From: a virus
DNA length: 64,000 nt
Reading direction: 5' to 3' (one strand)
IMG/VR virus record: IMGVR_UViG_3300032224_001473
Coordinates: 2,489-66,488 of that record
The translations under genes and the position numbers were made by a program. This document shows, one piece after another, positions 11,359 to 22,297 of the stretch. Position 1 is the stretch's first letter. Every line of letters begins with the position of its first letter. Under the pieces are notes generated by a model. The model had not been told where the DNA came from and ran no database searches. It was given only the letters and a program-made list of their open reading frames with translations.

Positions 11359-12404
11359 TGGAAATATTAAAAAACAATACCAATTTAAATATTGTTATTA
11401 ACACAGAACAAAATTTTAGAACTGACCTAGGTTGGGAAGAAAATTTAGTTGAATTTGAAAAAGAAGTTTTGGAAGATATTATTAATCCAGCCAAAAATTA
11501 TGAAACAGTTAGATATATCCATAAACCATATACTAGTAGTTTAGGTTTATTACAATCTGACATATGGTTTAAATTTTATTTTAGAACAAGTGGAAATACA
11601 ACAAATTATGTTTTAGATTATAACCCAATTGGAATCACAACAAGAGAAAATGAATTAATGTTAAAACAATCTACGGAAAGTTTTTTCAGATTAGAATTTT
11701 TTAAAACACCGGGAGTAATTTCAAATACGGGAACAACATTAACATGTGAACCACCAACAAGACAAAATAGGAGACTTGTTAATAGTAGAAATCTTTCTTT
11801 ACCGTTAGGTGAAAAGTTTTTCTATACTACCAAAAATTCAGGTTATTATATTCATGTACCTGTTTTTACGGGATCAAATTATAGAAATAAAGAAAATATG
11901 TATTTGTTTTGGTTTGATGATGAAAGTACATTAACAGATACAAACTTAAGTGGAACAACAACATTGGATAAATATGTATTTGGAACGGGATCAACAATAC
12001 AAACTATTTTATTTACTAATGAGAACAATAACATAACACAAGTAAACATACCAACGAGTGGAACAACATTAGTTGGATGGGTGGGACAAACATTTACAAT
12101 TTCAAATCAAATAACATATTATAGAAATTTTTATCACGGAAAAAATACATTTTTTATGACAGGTAAATTTTTTAATGGTAAAGACGGTAGTATTGTAGAT
12201 TTTACAAATCAAGCTTTCAGTACGTCACATGTTATTACGGAAGAAAAAGATATGTACTATCAAGTAGATTTTGATCATTACGAAAGAACATATCAAGTAT
12301 ATAAATATAGTGGAACTACGGCGGGTAGTGTGGTTGGAAAAAGTACTACGGGACATACAACCGATGTTGAATTTTTTGAAAAAGGAGGAGGAACAATAAT
12401 TTAA
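11358..12404 (+). CDS. Putative virion structural protein
   Basis: 348 aa, coupled to the previous gene by a TAATG overlap. Confidence 0.6.
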   Translation: MEILKNNTNLNIVINTEQNFRTDLGWEENLVEFEKEVLEDIINPAKNYETVRYIHKPYTSSLGLLQSDIWFKFYFRTSGNTTNYVLDYNPIGITTRENELMLKQSTESFFRLEFFKTPGVISNTGTTLTCEPPTRQNRRLVNSRNLSLPLGEKFFYTTKNSGYYIHVPVFTGSNYRNKENMYLFWFDDESTLTDTNLSGTTTLDKYVFGTGSTIQTILFTNENNNITQVNIPTSGTTLVGWVGQTFTISNQITYYRNFYHGKNTFFMTGKFFNGKDGSIVDFTNQAFSTSHVITEEKDMYYQVDFDHYERTYQVYKYSGTTAGSVVGKSTTGHTTDVEFFEKGGGTII

Positions 12405-12406
12405 AA

Positions 12407-13855
12407 ATGAAAAGAAACGAATATACATTATTAAAAAGACAAATACCTGATGTGAATTTACATTCATTAACGGGACAATATTGGTTTGATTTTACAAATG
12501 CTTGGGTACCATGGAATAGTGGTTCGGGTATGATACCCGAAACAGGTAGTTTAGTACGTGATATTAGATGGTACACGGGTATAACGTATGATGAAGATAT
12601 TGTTTTATTTCACAGTGGTAGTACGTATAATTCTTTAACAGGATCAAATATTAATAACATACCATCTACAACCAGTTCTTTTTGGGAACCTATAGAACAA
12701 AGAGCAATTAATAATGAACAAGGAAAATATTATAAATGGAATGGTAATTCGTGGGGTCCATATGTAGGACCATTAGGTTATGATCAAGTAATTCCAATTG
12801 TACTTGAAGCAAACGCCGATGAAATGGGTGTGATGTCTTCTTTTGATGGTAATATGGAACAAGTAGAACAATTAGTAAATTTCACATATAAAGTATCGGG
12901 ATCAGTTGTAACAATTTACGGGACGACAAACCCCGATAAATTAAGAAAAATAGTTGATCAAGATTTTACGGTTGATTGGGGTGTTAAACAAAATTTAACT
13001 GGATCAATAATTACTGGATCACTACAAATTAATAAAGGGACTTTATATACTAATTTACCAACGGCGTCATTTAATTACACACCATATACATCGTCAAATA
13101 CAGGTTTATATGTAGAGACATATACAGGATCAAGAATTAGTAGTTTTGATGTTTCGGTTTATTTAAACTCACCATGGTCAAAACAAAAAATGACAAAAAC
13201 GATAACATTATTTAATACAGGTTCAATCACCGATAATGTTAATATATTAGGTACATGTACTGGTTTCACAACACCAAGTGGGTCTTTTTTAAATTATCTA
13301 AACGATTACGAATATTCTAATACAGGTTATACCGCAACACCATCAAAGTCATTTAAATTTATGGCAATAGGTATTAGTAAAATAGGTGAATTAAGAAAAT
13401 ACGGTGAAAGTACCGTAAGTACATCATCTTACACAACGGGTTCATTTTCAGGTTCATTATACTCGGGGTACACTTTACCTAATGACAGTGGAAGTTTATA
13501 TTATATGGATTTAGCGGATGGGTACACGATGATCACGGGTAGTGTATCAAACTATAGATTTGGACCAACTAGCGGTTATACATATGAAATATCAGGAAAT
13601 ACGATTAACACAGTACCGTATCTAACAACAAGTGGAAACACTACTCAATATGCTACGGAGTATGTGATAAATCATATGTTAACAAGAAACGAACATTTCA
13701 TCGGATTTATTGATGACCCAACTGTTTATTCTGACATTTTTGTTGAAAGAGGACGACAAGGAGTGATGGAACCAAATCTAAGATTAGGGGAGATTGATAA
13801 TATGAGTGAGTTAGAAGTTTATGGAAATGGATATTTTAAGGTGAGAAAACAATAA
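12407..13855 (+). CDS. Putative virion structural protein
   Basis: 482 aa in the baseplate operon. Rich in [ST]GS and [ST]GxT motifs. Confidence 0.6.
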   Translation: MKRNEYTLLKRQIPDVNLHSLTGQYWFDFTNAWVPWNSGSGMIPETGSLVRDIRWYTGITYDEDIVLFHSGSTYNSLTGSNINNIPSTTSSFWEPIEQRAINNEQGKYYKWNGNSWGPYVGPLGYDQVIPIVLEANADEMGVMSSFDGNMEQVEQLVNFTYKVSGSVVTIYGTTNPDKLRKIVDQDFTVDWGVKQNLTGSIITGSLQINKGTLYTNLPTASFNYTPYTSSNTGLYVETYTGSRISSFDVSVYLNSPWSKQKMTKTITLFNTGSITDNVNILGTCTGFTTPSGSFLNYLNDYEYSNTGYTATPSKSFKFMAIGISKIGELRKYGESTVSTSSYTTGSFSGSLYSGYTLPNDSGSLYYMDLADGYTMITGSVSNYRFGPTSGYTYEISGNTINTVPYLTTSGNTTQYATEYVINHMLTRNEHFIGFIDDPTVYSDIFVERGRQGVMEPNLRLGEIDNMSELEVYGNGYFKVRKQ

Positions 13856-13861
13856 AAATTA

Positions 13862-13869
13862 TATTTATA
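13862..13869 (+). promoter_or_regulatory. Putative late promoter TATTTATA (representative copy)
   Basis: The same TATTTAT core also starts at 3324, 5664, 19918, 20512, 22286, 25117, 28382, 34753, 37412, 39708, 41361, 48718, 57988 and 61729. Confidence 0.7.
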
Positions 13870-13879
13870 ATAAAAGTTT

Positions 13880-14800
13880 ATGGCAATAGGATCATACGGA
13901 ATAGTTAGACCAGCAGATGTATCACCAGATGATGTAGAAATTCTATATCATTATATGGCGGATAGAGTGGCTACGACAGCGGTTACGTTAAAAAAATTAA
14001 CAGCAAATCAGGTTTTAACCCCTATTTTTCATACAGGAACAACAACCAGTGACACGGCGGCCGTTGGTACTGAAATATTAGGTGGACTTTATAATTTAAA
14101 AATAAATGCGGCAGATTTCACAGAATTAGGAATTTATACACTTTATATTAGACCAAAACAAATAAGAACAACTGTTATGGATTGTGGAATCTTAGCGTCC
14201 CTACCTTCGGTTAGAGGAGTTGTAATAGATTTATCAAATGTTCCATCTGCGGATAGAAACAAGTTTACCCCACAAGGTTTAGTTGGTTATAGAATTGAAT
14301 ATATCAATCCAAACGATAATAAGAAATTACCTAACTTTTATAAGATAGTAACATCTTCTTTCTATTGTACACCTGTAACTGCAAACTTAAACACAACAAC
14401 ACAAAAATCAGTAAGATATCAATATAGTGAAGGTGCAACAAACTTCATGTTTTTGACGGTAACACCTTCATCGGCACCATCAAACAAACCGAATACGGTT
14501 CCTTTTATTGGAAGTCCAGGTCAAAAGATAATCTTATCAAATACATATTTCAATCCAACAACAATTGAAATTGATATGGTTGAACATGACGCTTCAACAC
14601 TTGCAAATGCTCTTTACGGTAATCAAACTAAGGCGGTTACTCCGGGTATTTACACAATCTACGATAAAGATAATAACATATACAGACAATATAACTTATT
14701 TGAGATTAAGGACGACTTTAACGAAACTCTTTATGAGGTTAGAGAAAAACGTACCGATATTGATGAAACTTTAAACTTTGATACAATTACAAATATCTAA
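13880..14800 (+). CDS. Putative virion structural protein
   Basis: 306 aa behind its own TATTTATA box, coupled to the next gene. Confidence 0.6.
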   Translation: MAIGSYGIVRPADVSPDDVEILYHYMADRVATTAVTLKKLTANQVLTPIFHTGTTTSDTAAVGTEILGGLYNLKINAADFTELGIYTLYIRPKQIRTTVMDCGILASLPSVRGVVIDLSNVPSADRNKFTPQGLVGYRIEYINPNDNKKLPNFYKIVTSSFYCTPVTANLNTTTQKSVRYQYSEGATNFMFLTVTPSSAPSNKPNTVPFIGSPGQKIILSNTYFNPTTIEIDMVEHDASTLANALYGNQTKAVTPGIYTIYDKDNNIYRQYNLFEIKDDFNETLYEVREKRTDIDETLNFDTITNI

Positions 14801-17800
14801 TGGCAAAATATAAAGTTCCAAGTCAAGCTGCAAGTGGTGCTGATACATTCAGCGACAATCTAGTAGGTAATCAGATTACCACAGGTACCGGTCAATTGAC
14901 TAATACGAACTTTGCATTAGATAGTGAGGTAATACAAAGAGACACAAAGAATTTTAAAACAAATCCATTTTCAAACTTTTTAACTTTAGATGATCTAAAA
15001 ATTGAAACAGATACTTTATCTACAGATGAGATCGCTAAAAGAAAAAAGGAAATTAAATTTAAAGGTTCTAAAAGTGATGCAGGTAAATCTTTATTCGGAT
15101 CTTTAAAAAGTAGATTAGGTGTTGCAACACAAAATATTGTTCGTAATTTTCCAGCGGGTATTTTAATTGACTCAGCGAGTTTAATTAGTGCTAGTGGATT
15201 AACCGCAACAAATATAACTTATAATATCCAAAACAATACCACTCAATTTGATATTGAATATAGTATGTTGTATAATCCATTTTCGGTTATAACAACAACA
15301 CCAAAAAGTAAGGACAATAAATCTTCATATAATCCAATAAGAGATTTTTATAATTCATTTAAAAAATATGTCATTACTGTTAGTGGTAAAACATACGTTA
15401 TAACATCATATACTGAACCAAATAGTAAAAATGTAATTAAATTAAAAGTAAAAGGAAAACCATTTGGAACTTCAACTGAATATACTGAAGATATTTTAAT
15501 TAGACCAAATGATGGTATAGTTGAGGAGTTTTTTAAAGGTTTAGATGATTTAGAGGAAAGTCTTTTAAATAGAGAAACTTCACCAATATACACAGCAAGT
15601 TTTAAGGTTCCTAGAGATAGCTTTGATCAAACAAAAACGGAATTAGTATCGGTAAACTATACGTGGCCTTTATCTGAAAAAGATAGTTGGAATATTAAAA
15701 TAACAGGATTAGAGTATGAAGATTATTTAAGAAAATTAAGAAATATTTCAGATGAGATTGACGATTATAAATCTAATTTATTTCTAAGATTTTTAACGTC
15801 ACCACAATTGTTTGAATTTGATTCTCCAAATAAAAAGGCGGAATCAATATTTCAACTTTACGGTCAATCATTTGATAACGTAAAAAAATATATTGACAAC
15901 ATTGCTTACATGAGAAATGTAAGTTATGATGGAATCAATAACGTACCTGATGTGTTATTAAAAAACTTAGCGAACACTTTAGGTTTAGATACGGTTAATT
16001 TAATTGATGAAAAAGGTTTAGATGAATTACTATACACTAAAACATCACAACAATATTCAGGTTTAGTATCGGGTACATCTTTATTGGATGCTGAGTTTGA
16101 ATTTTATAGAAGATTATTAGTAAACTTAGCGTACATTTATAAATCAAAAGGTACAAGACAATCATTAGAATTTTTCCTAAGATTCTTGGGGGCTCCTGAA
16201 CCAATGATTAAAATTAATCAATACGTTTATAAAGTAACGTCATATCCTAAATCATTTGATCTTGAGTTGGACGTATATAAGGCAACAACGGGTAAAAACA
16301 TTATAAAAACTGCGGTATTTTTACCAACCGGAGGAACAATAGATAAAGTGGTATATTCGGGATATTCATACTACATAAAATCAACAACTGGTTATACATC
16401 CTTAAATATGGATGGTTATCCTGTTAATTTAATTACATTACAACCAAAATCTATAACAGGTTCTACTGATTTATTTTTTCAAAAAGGATCGGGTTGGTAC
16501 GATAATACTGCTACTCATAAATCACCATTAGTTTTAGATAAAGATTTATCTAATGGAACCACTATAAATGGTGAGTTTGTGTTAACAGGTAGAACAAAAA
16601 CTATTATTACTAAAGACAGTCCACGTACATATGGTGAAGATTATTTTAATGTATATAGAACATTACCCGGATTAGATACTGGTTACGGATTAGAAACGGT
16701 TATTGATAATAATCAAACAGAATTAATTGGTGATGAATCTCATTTAATTTTAAACAGAAAAAATATTGAAGTTTATTTGTCGTCAGCACAAGCAGTTGAT
16801 TATGACATTTATCGTAGATCTAGAGATTTACCAACAACATTCGGTACAAATAGCTTAGAACCACAAACGGGTGTTACTTTCGCTGAATATGTTGATTTAA
16901 TGATACACCAACAAATTAAAAATTCTAATTTAATAAAATATAAAAAGAATTATATTACATTAGAAGACATATACCAAGATTATATTTCACGTACAGAATT
17001 TGTTCCATATACTTTCCCTGACATTAATTTATTTATTGAGAAAATGAGTCCATATTGGACAAGTGTAATTGATCAAATTATTCCGTCAACAACATTATGG
17101 ACAGGTGGTAATTTAATTAGTAATAATATTTTTGGTAGACCAAAGTATCAATATAAATACGGATGTCAACCAATTGAGATAATTGATAATTTATATCCAG
17201 CGAAAAATGGATATGATAGATATTTTATGGATATCGTTGATGAATATGATAACGATATATTCAGCGAGGTTAATTCAATCGGAGAATATAAATACGATGG
17301 TCGAATCTATATATTTCCAACTTTTGAAATAGATGGGGTCACATATTCAGGAACAACCGGTAATACAACATCAATTACAAGCATTACTGGATTAACATAT
17401 GTTTTATTATCAGGTATAACAAACACCACAAATAGTGCTAAATTATATGAACCTGATGGTAGTGGAAATGCTTATGCAATGACTAGTGGTACTAAAAATA
17501 CTATTAATCCTAATTATGATAAAATAGAAGAACTATGGCAAACGGCCATTTTAAACACTATTGAATATATAAATAATTGTACCAATTGTCCTTATTCTGG
17601 TCTTACGGTTGACAATTTAGGTTATATAAGTTCATATGATCCATTTCTTAACGCTCCAGGTGAAAAAGCCACACCAAAAATTAGAAAAAAATTATTAACA
17701 GGTAAAATTTTTATTGATAATAATGGAGAAGAAAAAATTAAGTTAACATCATATAAGTATGGTCCTAATGATTGTGCAACTGATATATACGTTGATTTAA

Positions 17801-19902
17801 TTGCAAGTGCATTTACAGATACTTACGATTGTTCATTGGGACAAGGGTCTGCCATATATCAAATGGCAACACCTACACCAACTCCAACACCAACTGTTAC
17901 ACCAACACCAAATCCAACAGCAACACCAACACCGGAACCAACTGCGACACCAACTGCAACACCAACTGCAACACCGACAGCAACACCAACTGTTACACCA
18001 ACACCAGGACCGACTAGTACACCAACATTAACCCCAACTCCAACACCAACGCCGAATTGTAATTTTAATGTTGACACAGAAATAGTAACTAGTACTCCAA
18101 CACCAACACCTACACCAACGCCAAATTGTAATTTTGATGTTAATATAGAAATAATAACTAGTACACCAACACCTACACCAACTCCAACTGTTACACCTAC
18201 ACCTACACCGGATTGTAATTTTGATGTAGATATAGATATTATAACTAGCACACCTACACCTACCCCAACTTCAACACCAACACCTACACCAACACCAAAT
18301 TGTAATTTTGACGTAGATATAGATATTATTACTAGTACACCAACACCTACACCAACTCCAACTGTTACACCTACACCAACGCCGGATTGTAACTTTGACG
18401 TAAACGTTAACATTACAACTTCAACCCCAACACCTACCCCAACATTAACACCAACACCGGAACCCACTAATACCCCAACTAGTACCCCCACACCAACAGC
18501 AACACCAGGACCGACTAGTACACCAACATTAACCCCAACTCCAACACCAACGCCATTTTATGATATAGTTTCTTATGGTGGACCTAGTGTAGGGGATGCT
18601 TGCTATAGTCCATGGGATAGTTTTTCAATGTTAGGGAATACAACCGATTTCTGTACATTAGGAACATTAACAAGTAGTTCTTGGGTAACTATACCAACAA
18701 ATAATTACTACGTAGTTTATAACGGCAACGTTAGAAACGTACAACATACTTTAGGTAATAATTTTGCACAAACAACAGATGTTGGATGTGGAACTTGTCC
18801 TACCCCAACCCCAACACCGGTACCAACTAATACACCAACACCAACCCCAACACCAACAATTGTTAGGTATTATTACGAAGGTTTACTTTGTGGAGGTAAC
18901 ATCGTTGGGAATTTCTATTCAGAAACAAATTTAGGAGATAATCCAGGTATTGTTTACGCATATTCATCTCTTGGTGGAGAATCTAATAGATGTTTTGATT
19001 ATATAACACCAACTAATACACCAAACAATAATCCTATAATTGCAACATTTGAAGATTGTTCAACTTGTTTAGGTGAACCACCGACTCCAACACCATTACC
19101 AACCAATACACCAACACCGGTACCAACGGCAACACCGATACCAACTAGTACACCTGTACCAACACCTACACCAACGCCGGTTCCTTTTTCAGGACAAATA
19201 TATTATGGATCTACAATAAGTAGTGTATGTCCTTATGGGGCGGGTAGTAGTGGTTTTGTAACGGGAGACGGAACGACATTTTGTGGTAGTCAATATTTCA
19301 CAGGTAATACATTCGCATACCAATCATCAGGTTTCTATTATATGAACTTTGAAGGTAATGTGGTACAAATATCATTAACTTATGGTTCTAATGTTGTTGA
19401 AGTAATGAGTGCTTGTTTATCTTGTCCTACACCAACACCAACACCTGTACCAACTAATACACCTGTACCAACTAATACACCAACACCGGAACCAACAGCA
19501 ACACCTGTACCGACTAATACACCAACACCAACACCATTACCGGACGGTGTTTTAAGTTTTGGATCTACAGATGGTGGACAACAACCATGTGGACCTGGTT
19601 ACGGACCTAATGACTATGAGTATTATAGAACATATGAGGTTAATTTCACAAGTGCAAGAATAATAATGGGATATGTTGTTGTTATTTTAAGTGATTATTC
19701 AACTATAACAATACCATTTAATGAAAATGATACCTCCGCATCTAAAACCGTTTTCTGTGGATGTGGATCACCATGTGCTGACATGTCATATGTAATGAAT
19801 ATAATATACACTACACCAACTCCAACCCCAACATTAGAACCAACATTTACACCAACACCAACAACTGAAGGAGGTGGAGGAGGTGGACTAGTACCTGAAT
19901 AA
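14800..19902 (+). CDS. Baseplate/tail protein (P2 gpI/gp7-like core) with a C-terminal Pro/Thr-rich, Cys-rich extension
   Basis: [10 protein letters not shown] and [22 protein letters not shown] resemble tail protein I-like wedge proteins. The C-terminal ~680 aa are PT repeats alternating with Cys modules. Confidence 0.65.
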   Translation: MAKYKVPSQAASGADTFSDNLVGNQITTGTGQLTNTNFALDSEVIQRDTKNFKTNPFSNFLTLDDLKIETDTLSTDEIAKRKKEIKFKGSKSDAGKSLFGSLKSRLGVATQNIVRNFPAGILIDSASLISASGLTATNITYNIQNNTTQFDIEYSMLYNPFSVITTTPKSKDNKSSYNPIRDFYNSFKKYVITVSGKTYVITSYTEPNSKNVIKLKVKGKPFGTSTEYTEDILIRPNDGIVEEFFKGLDDLEESLLNRETSPIYTASFKVPRDSFDQTKTELVSVNYTWPLSEKDSWNIKITGLEYEDYLRKLRNISDEIDDYKSNLFLRFLTSPQLFEFDSPNKKAESIFQLYGQSFDNVKKYIDNIAYMRNVSYDGINNVPDVLLKNLANTLGLDTVNLIDEKGLDELLYTKTSQQYSGLVSGTSLLDAEFEFYRRLLVNLAYIYKSKGTRQSLEFFLRFLGAPEPMIKINQYVYKVTSYPKSFDLELDVYKATTGKNIIKTAVFLPTGGTIDKVVYSGYSYYIKSTTGYTSLNMDGYPVNLITLQPKSITGSTDLFFQKGSGWYDNTATHKSPLVLDKDLSNGTTINGEFVLTGRTKTIITKDSPRTYGEDYFNVYRTLPGLDTGYGLETVIDNNQTELIGDESHLILNRKNIEVYLSSAQAVDYDIYRRSRDLPTTFGTNSLEPQTGVTFAEYVDLMIHQQIKNSNLIKYKKNYITLEDIYQDYISRTEFVPYTFPDINLFIEKMSPYWTSVIDQIIPSTTLWTGGNLISNNIFGRPKYQYKYGCQPIEIIDNLYPAKNGYDRYFMDIVDEYDNDIFSEVNSIGEYKYDGRIYIFPTFEIDGVTYSGTTGNTTSITSITGLTYVLLSGITNTTNSAKLYEPDGSGNAYAMTSGTKNTINPNYDKIEELWQTAILNTIEYINNCTNCPYSGLTVDNLGYISSYDPFLNAPGEKATPKIRKKLLTGKIFIDNNGEEKIKLTSYKYGPNDCATDIYVDLIASAFTDTYDCSLGQGSAIYQMATPTPTPTPTVTPTPNPTATPTPEPTATPTATPTATPTATPTVTPTPGPTSTPTLTPTPTPTPNCNFNVDTEIVTSTPTPTPTPTPNCNFDVNIEIITSTPTPTPTPTVTPTPTPDCNFDVDIDIITSTPTPTPTSTPTPTPTPNCNFDVDIDIITSTPTPTPTPTVTPTPTPDCNFDVNVNITTSTPTPTPTLTPTPEPTNTPTSTPTPTATPGPTSTPTLTPTPTPTPFYDIVSYGGPSVGDACYSPWDSFSMLGNTTDFCTLGTLTSSSWVTIPTNNYYVVYNGNVRNVQHTLGNNFAQTTDVGCGTCPTPTPTPVPTNTPTPTPTPTIVRYYYEGLLCGGNIVGNFYSETNLGDNPGIVYAYSSLGGESNRCFDYITPTNTPNNNPIIATFEDCSTCLGEPPTPTPLPTNTPTPVPTATPIPTSTPVPTPTPTPVPFSGQIYYGSTISSVCPYGAGSSGFVTGDGTTFCGSQYFTGNTFAYQSSGFYYMNFEGNVVQISLTYGSNVVEVMSACLSCPTPTPTPVPTNTPVPTNTPTPEPTATPVPTNTPTPTPLPDGVLSFGSTDGGQQPCGPGYGPNDYEYYRTYEVNFTSARIIMGYVVVILSDYSTITIPFNENDTSASKTVFCGCGSPCADMSYVMNIIYTTPTPTPTLEPTFTPTPTTEGGGGGGLVPE
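17866..18554 (+). repeat. Pro/Thr tandem repeats containing five CNF(D/N)V-x-x-x-I-x-TS units, bounded by a 55-bp exact direct repeat
   Basis: Identical 55-mers at 17999-18053 and 18500-18554, with five Cys-containing units between them. Confidence 0.9.
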
Positions 19903-19941
19903 AACAAAATAATAAGATATTTATAAAAAGAAACAAAATAT

Positions 19942-20442
19942 ATGAACGTAACATTTACATTAACATCAGCAACATCGGGAACAACTGCATCTACTGTATT
20001 TAATATTTCAGGAAAAACATCTTCAAATGTTGTTAGTGAACTTGCAACAGGTATAACTAAATTACAATTAACAACTGGACACACAATTAATGGTGTTAAT
20101 GATGCAATAACAGGTGGAACAATAGCAAGTACAAGCCCAAGTTCTTGCACAGGAGTTACAACAACTTGGTTGGTCATACAACCAACACCAACACCAACCC
20201 CAACAGCAACACCGGTATCAACGTACTATGTTTATGAATTATGTGGTTGGTCAGACCCATCAGAACGTTATAAATATATACTATATAGTAACACATATGG
20301 TAGTAAAGGTTTAGTTAATGGAACAACCTGTTCATTATTAGATAGTGGACCTACTGCTATAACATATGCATCAGTAGGGACATTATACCCACTAGCAATG
20401 CCAATGATTTCATTTACAACCAATAATTGCGAATGTAATTAA
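19942..20442 (+). CDS. Small Thr/Cys-rich putative virion protein with a PT linker
   Basis: 166 aa. TATTTATA box upstream and terminator downstream. Confidence 0.7.
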   Translation: MNVTFTLTSATSGTTASTVFNISGKTSSNVVSELATGITKLQLTTGHTINGVNDAITGGTIASTSPSSCTGVTTTWLVIQPTPTPTPTATPVSTYYVYELCGWSDPSERYKYILYSNTYGSKGLVNGTTCSLLDSGPTAITYASVGTLYPLAMPMISFTTNNCECN

Positions 20443-20463
20443 TAAAAAACTTATAACAATATT

Positions 20464-20491
20464 AAAACCCCTTTATTTTAAGGGGTTTTTT
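20464..20491 (+). terminator. Rho-independent terminator
   Basis: AAAACCCCTT-tatttt-AAGGGGTTTT stem followed by T. Confidence 0.8.
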
Positions 20492-20523
20492 GTTTAATTT
20501 ATACATAATACTATTTATAGAAT

Positions 20524-22266
20524 ATGCCAGAATATTTTAGTGCAAATGTAAACATCGGAAAAAAAGGTAACTCAATTGAAAAAGTTAGTTTATATGCTTG
20601 CTCTGGATCAACAGAACAAACATGTGACCCTACACCAATTTCGGGTTACAATAATATTCTATGGACAGATACAAAATTTTCACCACTTTTTGAGAGCGGT
20701 TCGTATCCATCATTATCAGGATTAGTAACATTTATAACGGGATTAACGTTATACACGCACACATATATTAGAGTATTAACAACATCAAGTTATAATGATC
20801 CTTGTGTAATTAGTAGAATGATACCAATTAGCGGTATCCCAACACCTACCCCAACCCCAACACCGGTACCAACTAATACACCAGTACCTACAGCTACACC
20901 AACTGCAACACCTACATTAACTCCAACACCGGTACCAACTAATACACCAACGGCGACACCAACGGCGACACCTACATTAACACCTACACCAACACCAACT
21001 ATTACACCAACTCCAACACCTACACAAGAAGTTGTTGATACTAATTTATATTATTACTATAGGTTAGGTGATTGCCAATATATGGGTTACACAACGCAAC
21101 AAATAACAAATACAGGATTTGGTATTATACGAATTACAGGTTTATGTTCTTCATATATAACTAATTTTTTAGAAGATCCAGCACATACATCATATTACAC
21201 TGATTACAACGATCCTTGTGGTTTTGCAAGTGGATACACATATACTGTATTTGGTAAAAGTTTAAAATCTAATCCACATATACCGGAAGGTACTGTTTTT
21301 ACAATCGGAGATCAATGTTTATCGGTAGTATGGATAGAAGAACAATATTTACCTGTATCGATTTCTTTAATTAGTTTAGACGGGTTAACTCCTGAACCTG
21401 GTGATAATCCTTGTAATACTTGTCAACCACCATTTACTGGATTAACATTTAATTGGTATGTTTATGGTGCAACAAGATGTGATGACCCAACAAGTAATAT
21501 TTTAGTTTATAGTATATTCCCTTACACATATGATGCAACACCATATGCGCCGAACAATATAACAGGGTTACCTAAATTATCGTCATTACAGACAGGATTA
21601 ACATATTCAATGGTAACATATAACTCAAGTGGTGATGTTATTGATGATGGATATTGTGCAACTATTACAAGTTATTATGGAGTATTTACAGGTCAAACAG
21701 TACAAGTTCCATTATTACCACTTACAGATCCTGTAACATATAAAAACTTACCAATAGGAGTTCAAGCAGTAGAGGGTCATTATTCATTGGATTGTCCAAG
21801 TTGTACTCCATTATATTATGCCAACACCGCTCAAAAATGTGGTAGTGGGTATGAATTAAGTGACGATCCGATTTGGTCAACAGTAAAATTAAACGAAGGT
21901 GATATAATAAAAGACAATAATGGTGTTTGTAGAAGAGTATTGTATGCAAACTCATATAGAGATACAAAATATGAAGGATATTGGCAATCACAAGCTCATA
22001 CTGGAATTATAAGTATGGTGGGTACTAAGTATACAAATAATGATTGTAGTAGTTGTACATCTGGTGGATCCACAGTAGTGTGTGATAGTTATACCATGTT
22101 AAATACAGACCATAATTATGATACATATTATTCATATGACGATTGTGATGGTAATACACAAACGGGTTCATTAGGACCTAATAGAGACATGACATTCTGT
22201 GCTGAACGAGGAAGTGTTTCCACAGGAGGAGCTGATTTGACAAATAATGGAACATGTACATCTTAA
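20524..22266 (+). CDS. Cys-rich putative virion/adhesin protein with a PT linker
   Basis: 580 aa with a PT repeat and repeated YY..C...CxxC modules. TATTTATA box 4 nt upstream of the ATG. Confidence 0.7.
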   Translation: MPEYFSANVNIGKKGNSIEKVSLYACSGSTEQTCDPTPISGYNNILWTDTKFSPLFESGSYPSLSGLVTFITGLTLYTHTYIRVLTTSSYNDPCVISRMIPISGIPTPTPTPTPVPTNTPVPTATPTATPTLTPTPVPTNTPTATPTATPTLTPTPTPTITPTPTPTQEVVDTNLYYYYRLGDCQYMGYTTQQITNTGFGIIRITGLCSSYITNFLEDPAHTSYYTDYNDPCGFASGYTYTVFGKSLKSNPHIPEGTVFTIGDQCLSVVWIEEQYLPVSISLISLDGLTPEPGDNPCNTCQPPFTGLTFNWYVYGATRCDDPTSNILVYSIFPYTYDATPYAPNNITGLPKLSSLQTGLTYSMVTYNSSGDVIDDGYCATITSYYGVFTGQTVQVPLLPLTDPVTYKNLPIGVQAVEGHYSLDCPSCTPLYYANTAQKCGSGYELSDDPIWSTVKLNEGDIIKDNNGVCRRVLYANSYRDTKYEGYWQSQAHTGIISMVGTKYTNNDCSSCTSGGSTVVCDSYTMLNTDHNYDTYYSYDDCDGNTQTGSLGPNRDMTFCAERGSVSTGGADLTNNGTCTS

Positions 22267-22297
22267 CAATAAAATTAAAGAAAGATATTTATAACAT

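Noticed and set aside
17801-18491. Poly-GV antisense ORF and Q/H-rich frame-shifted ORFs; likewise the CRC-rich and QH-rich ORFs at 62132-62538
   Set aside because: Shadows of the Pro/Thr (cca/aca) repeats.
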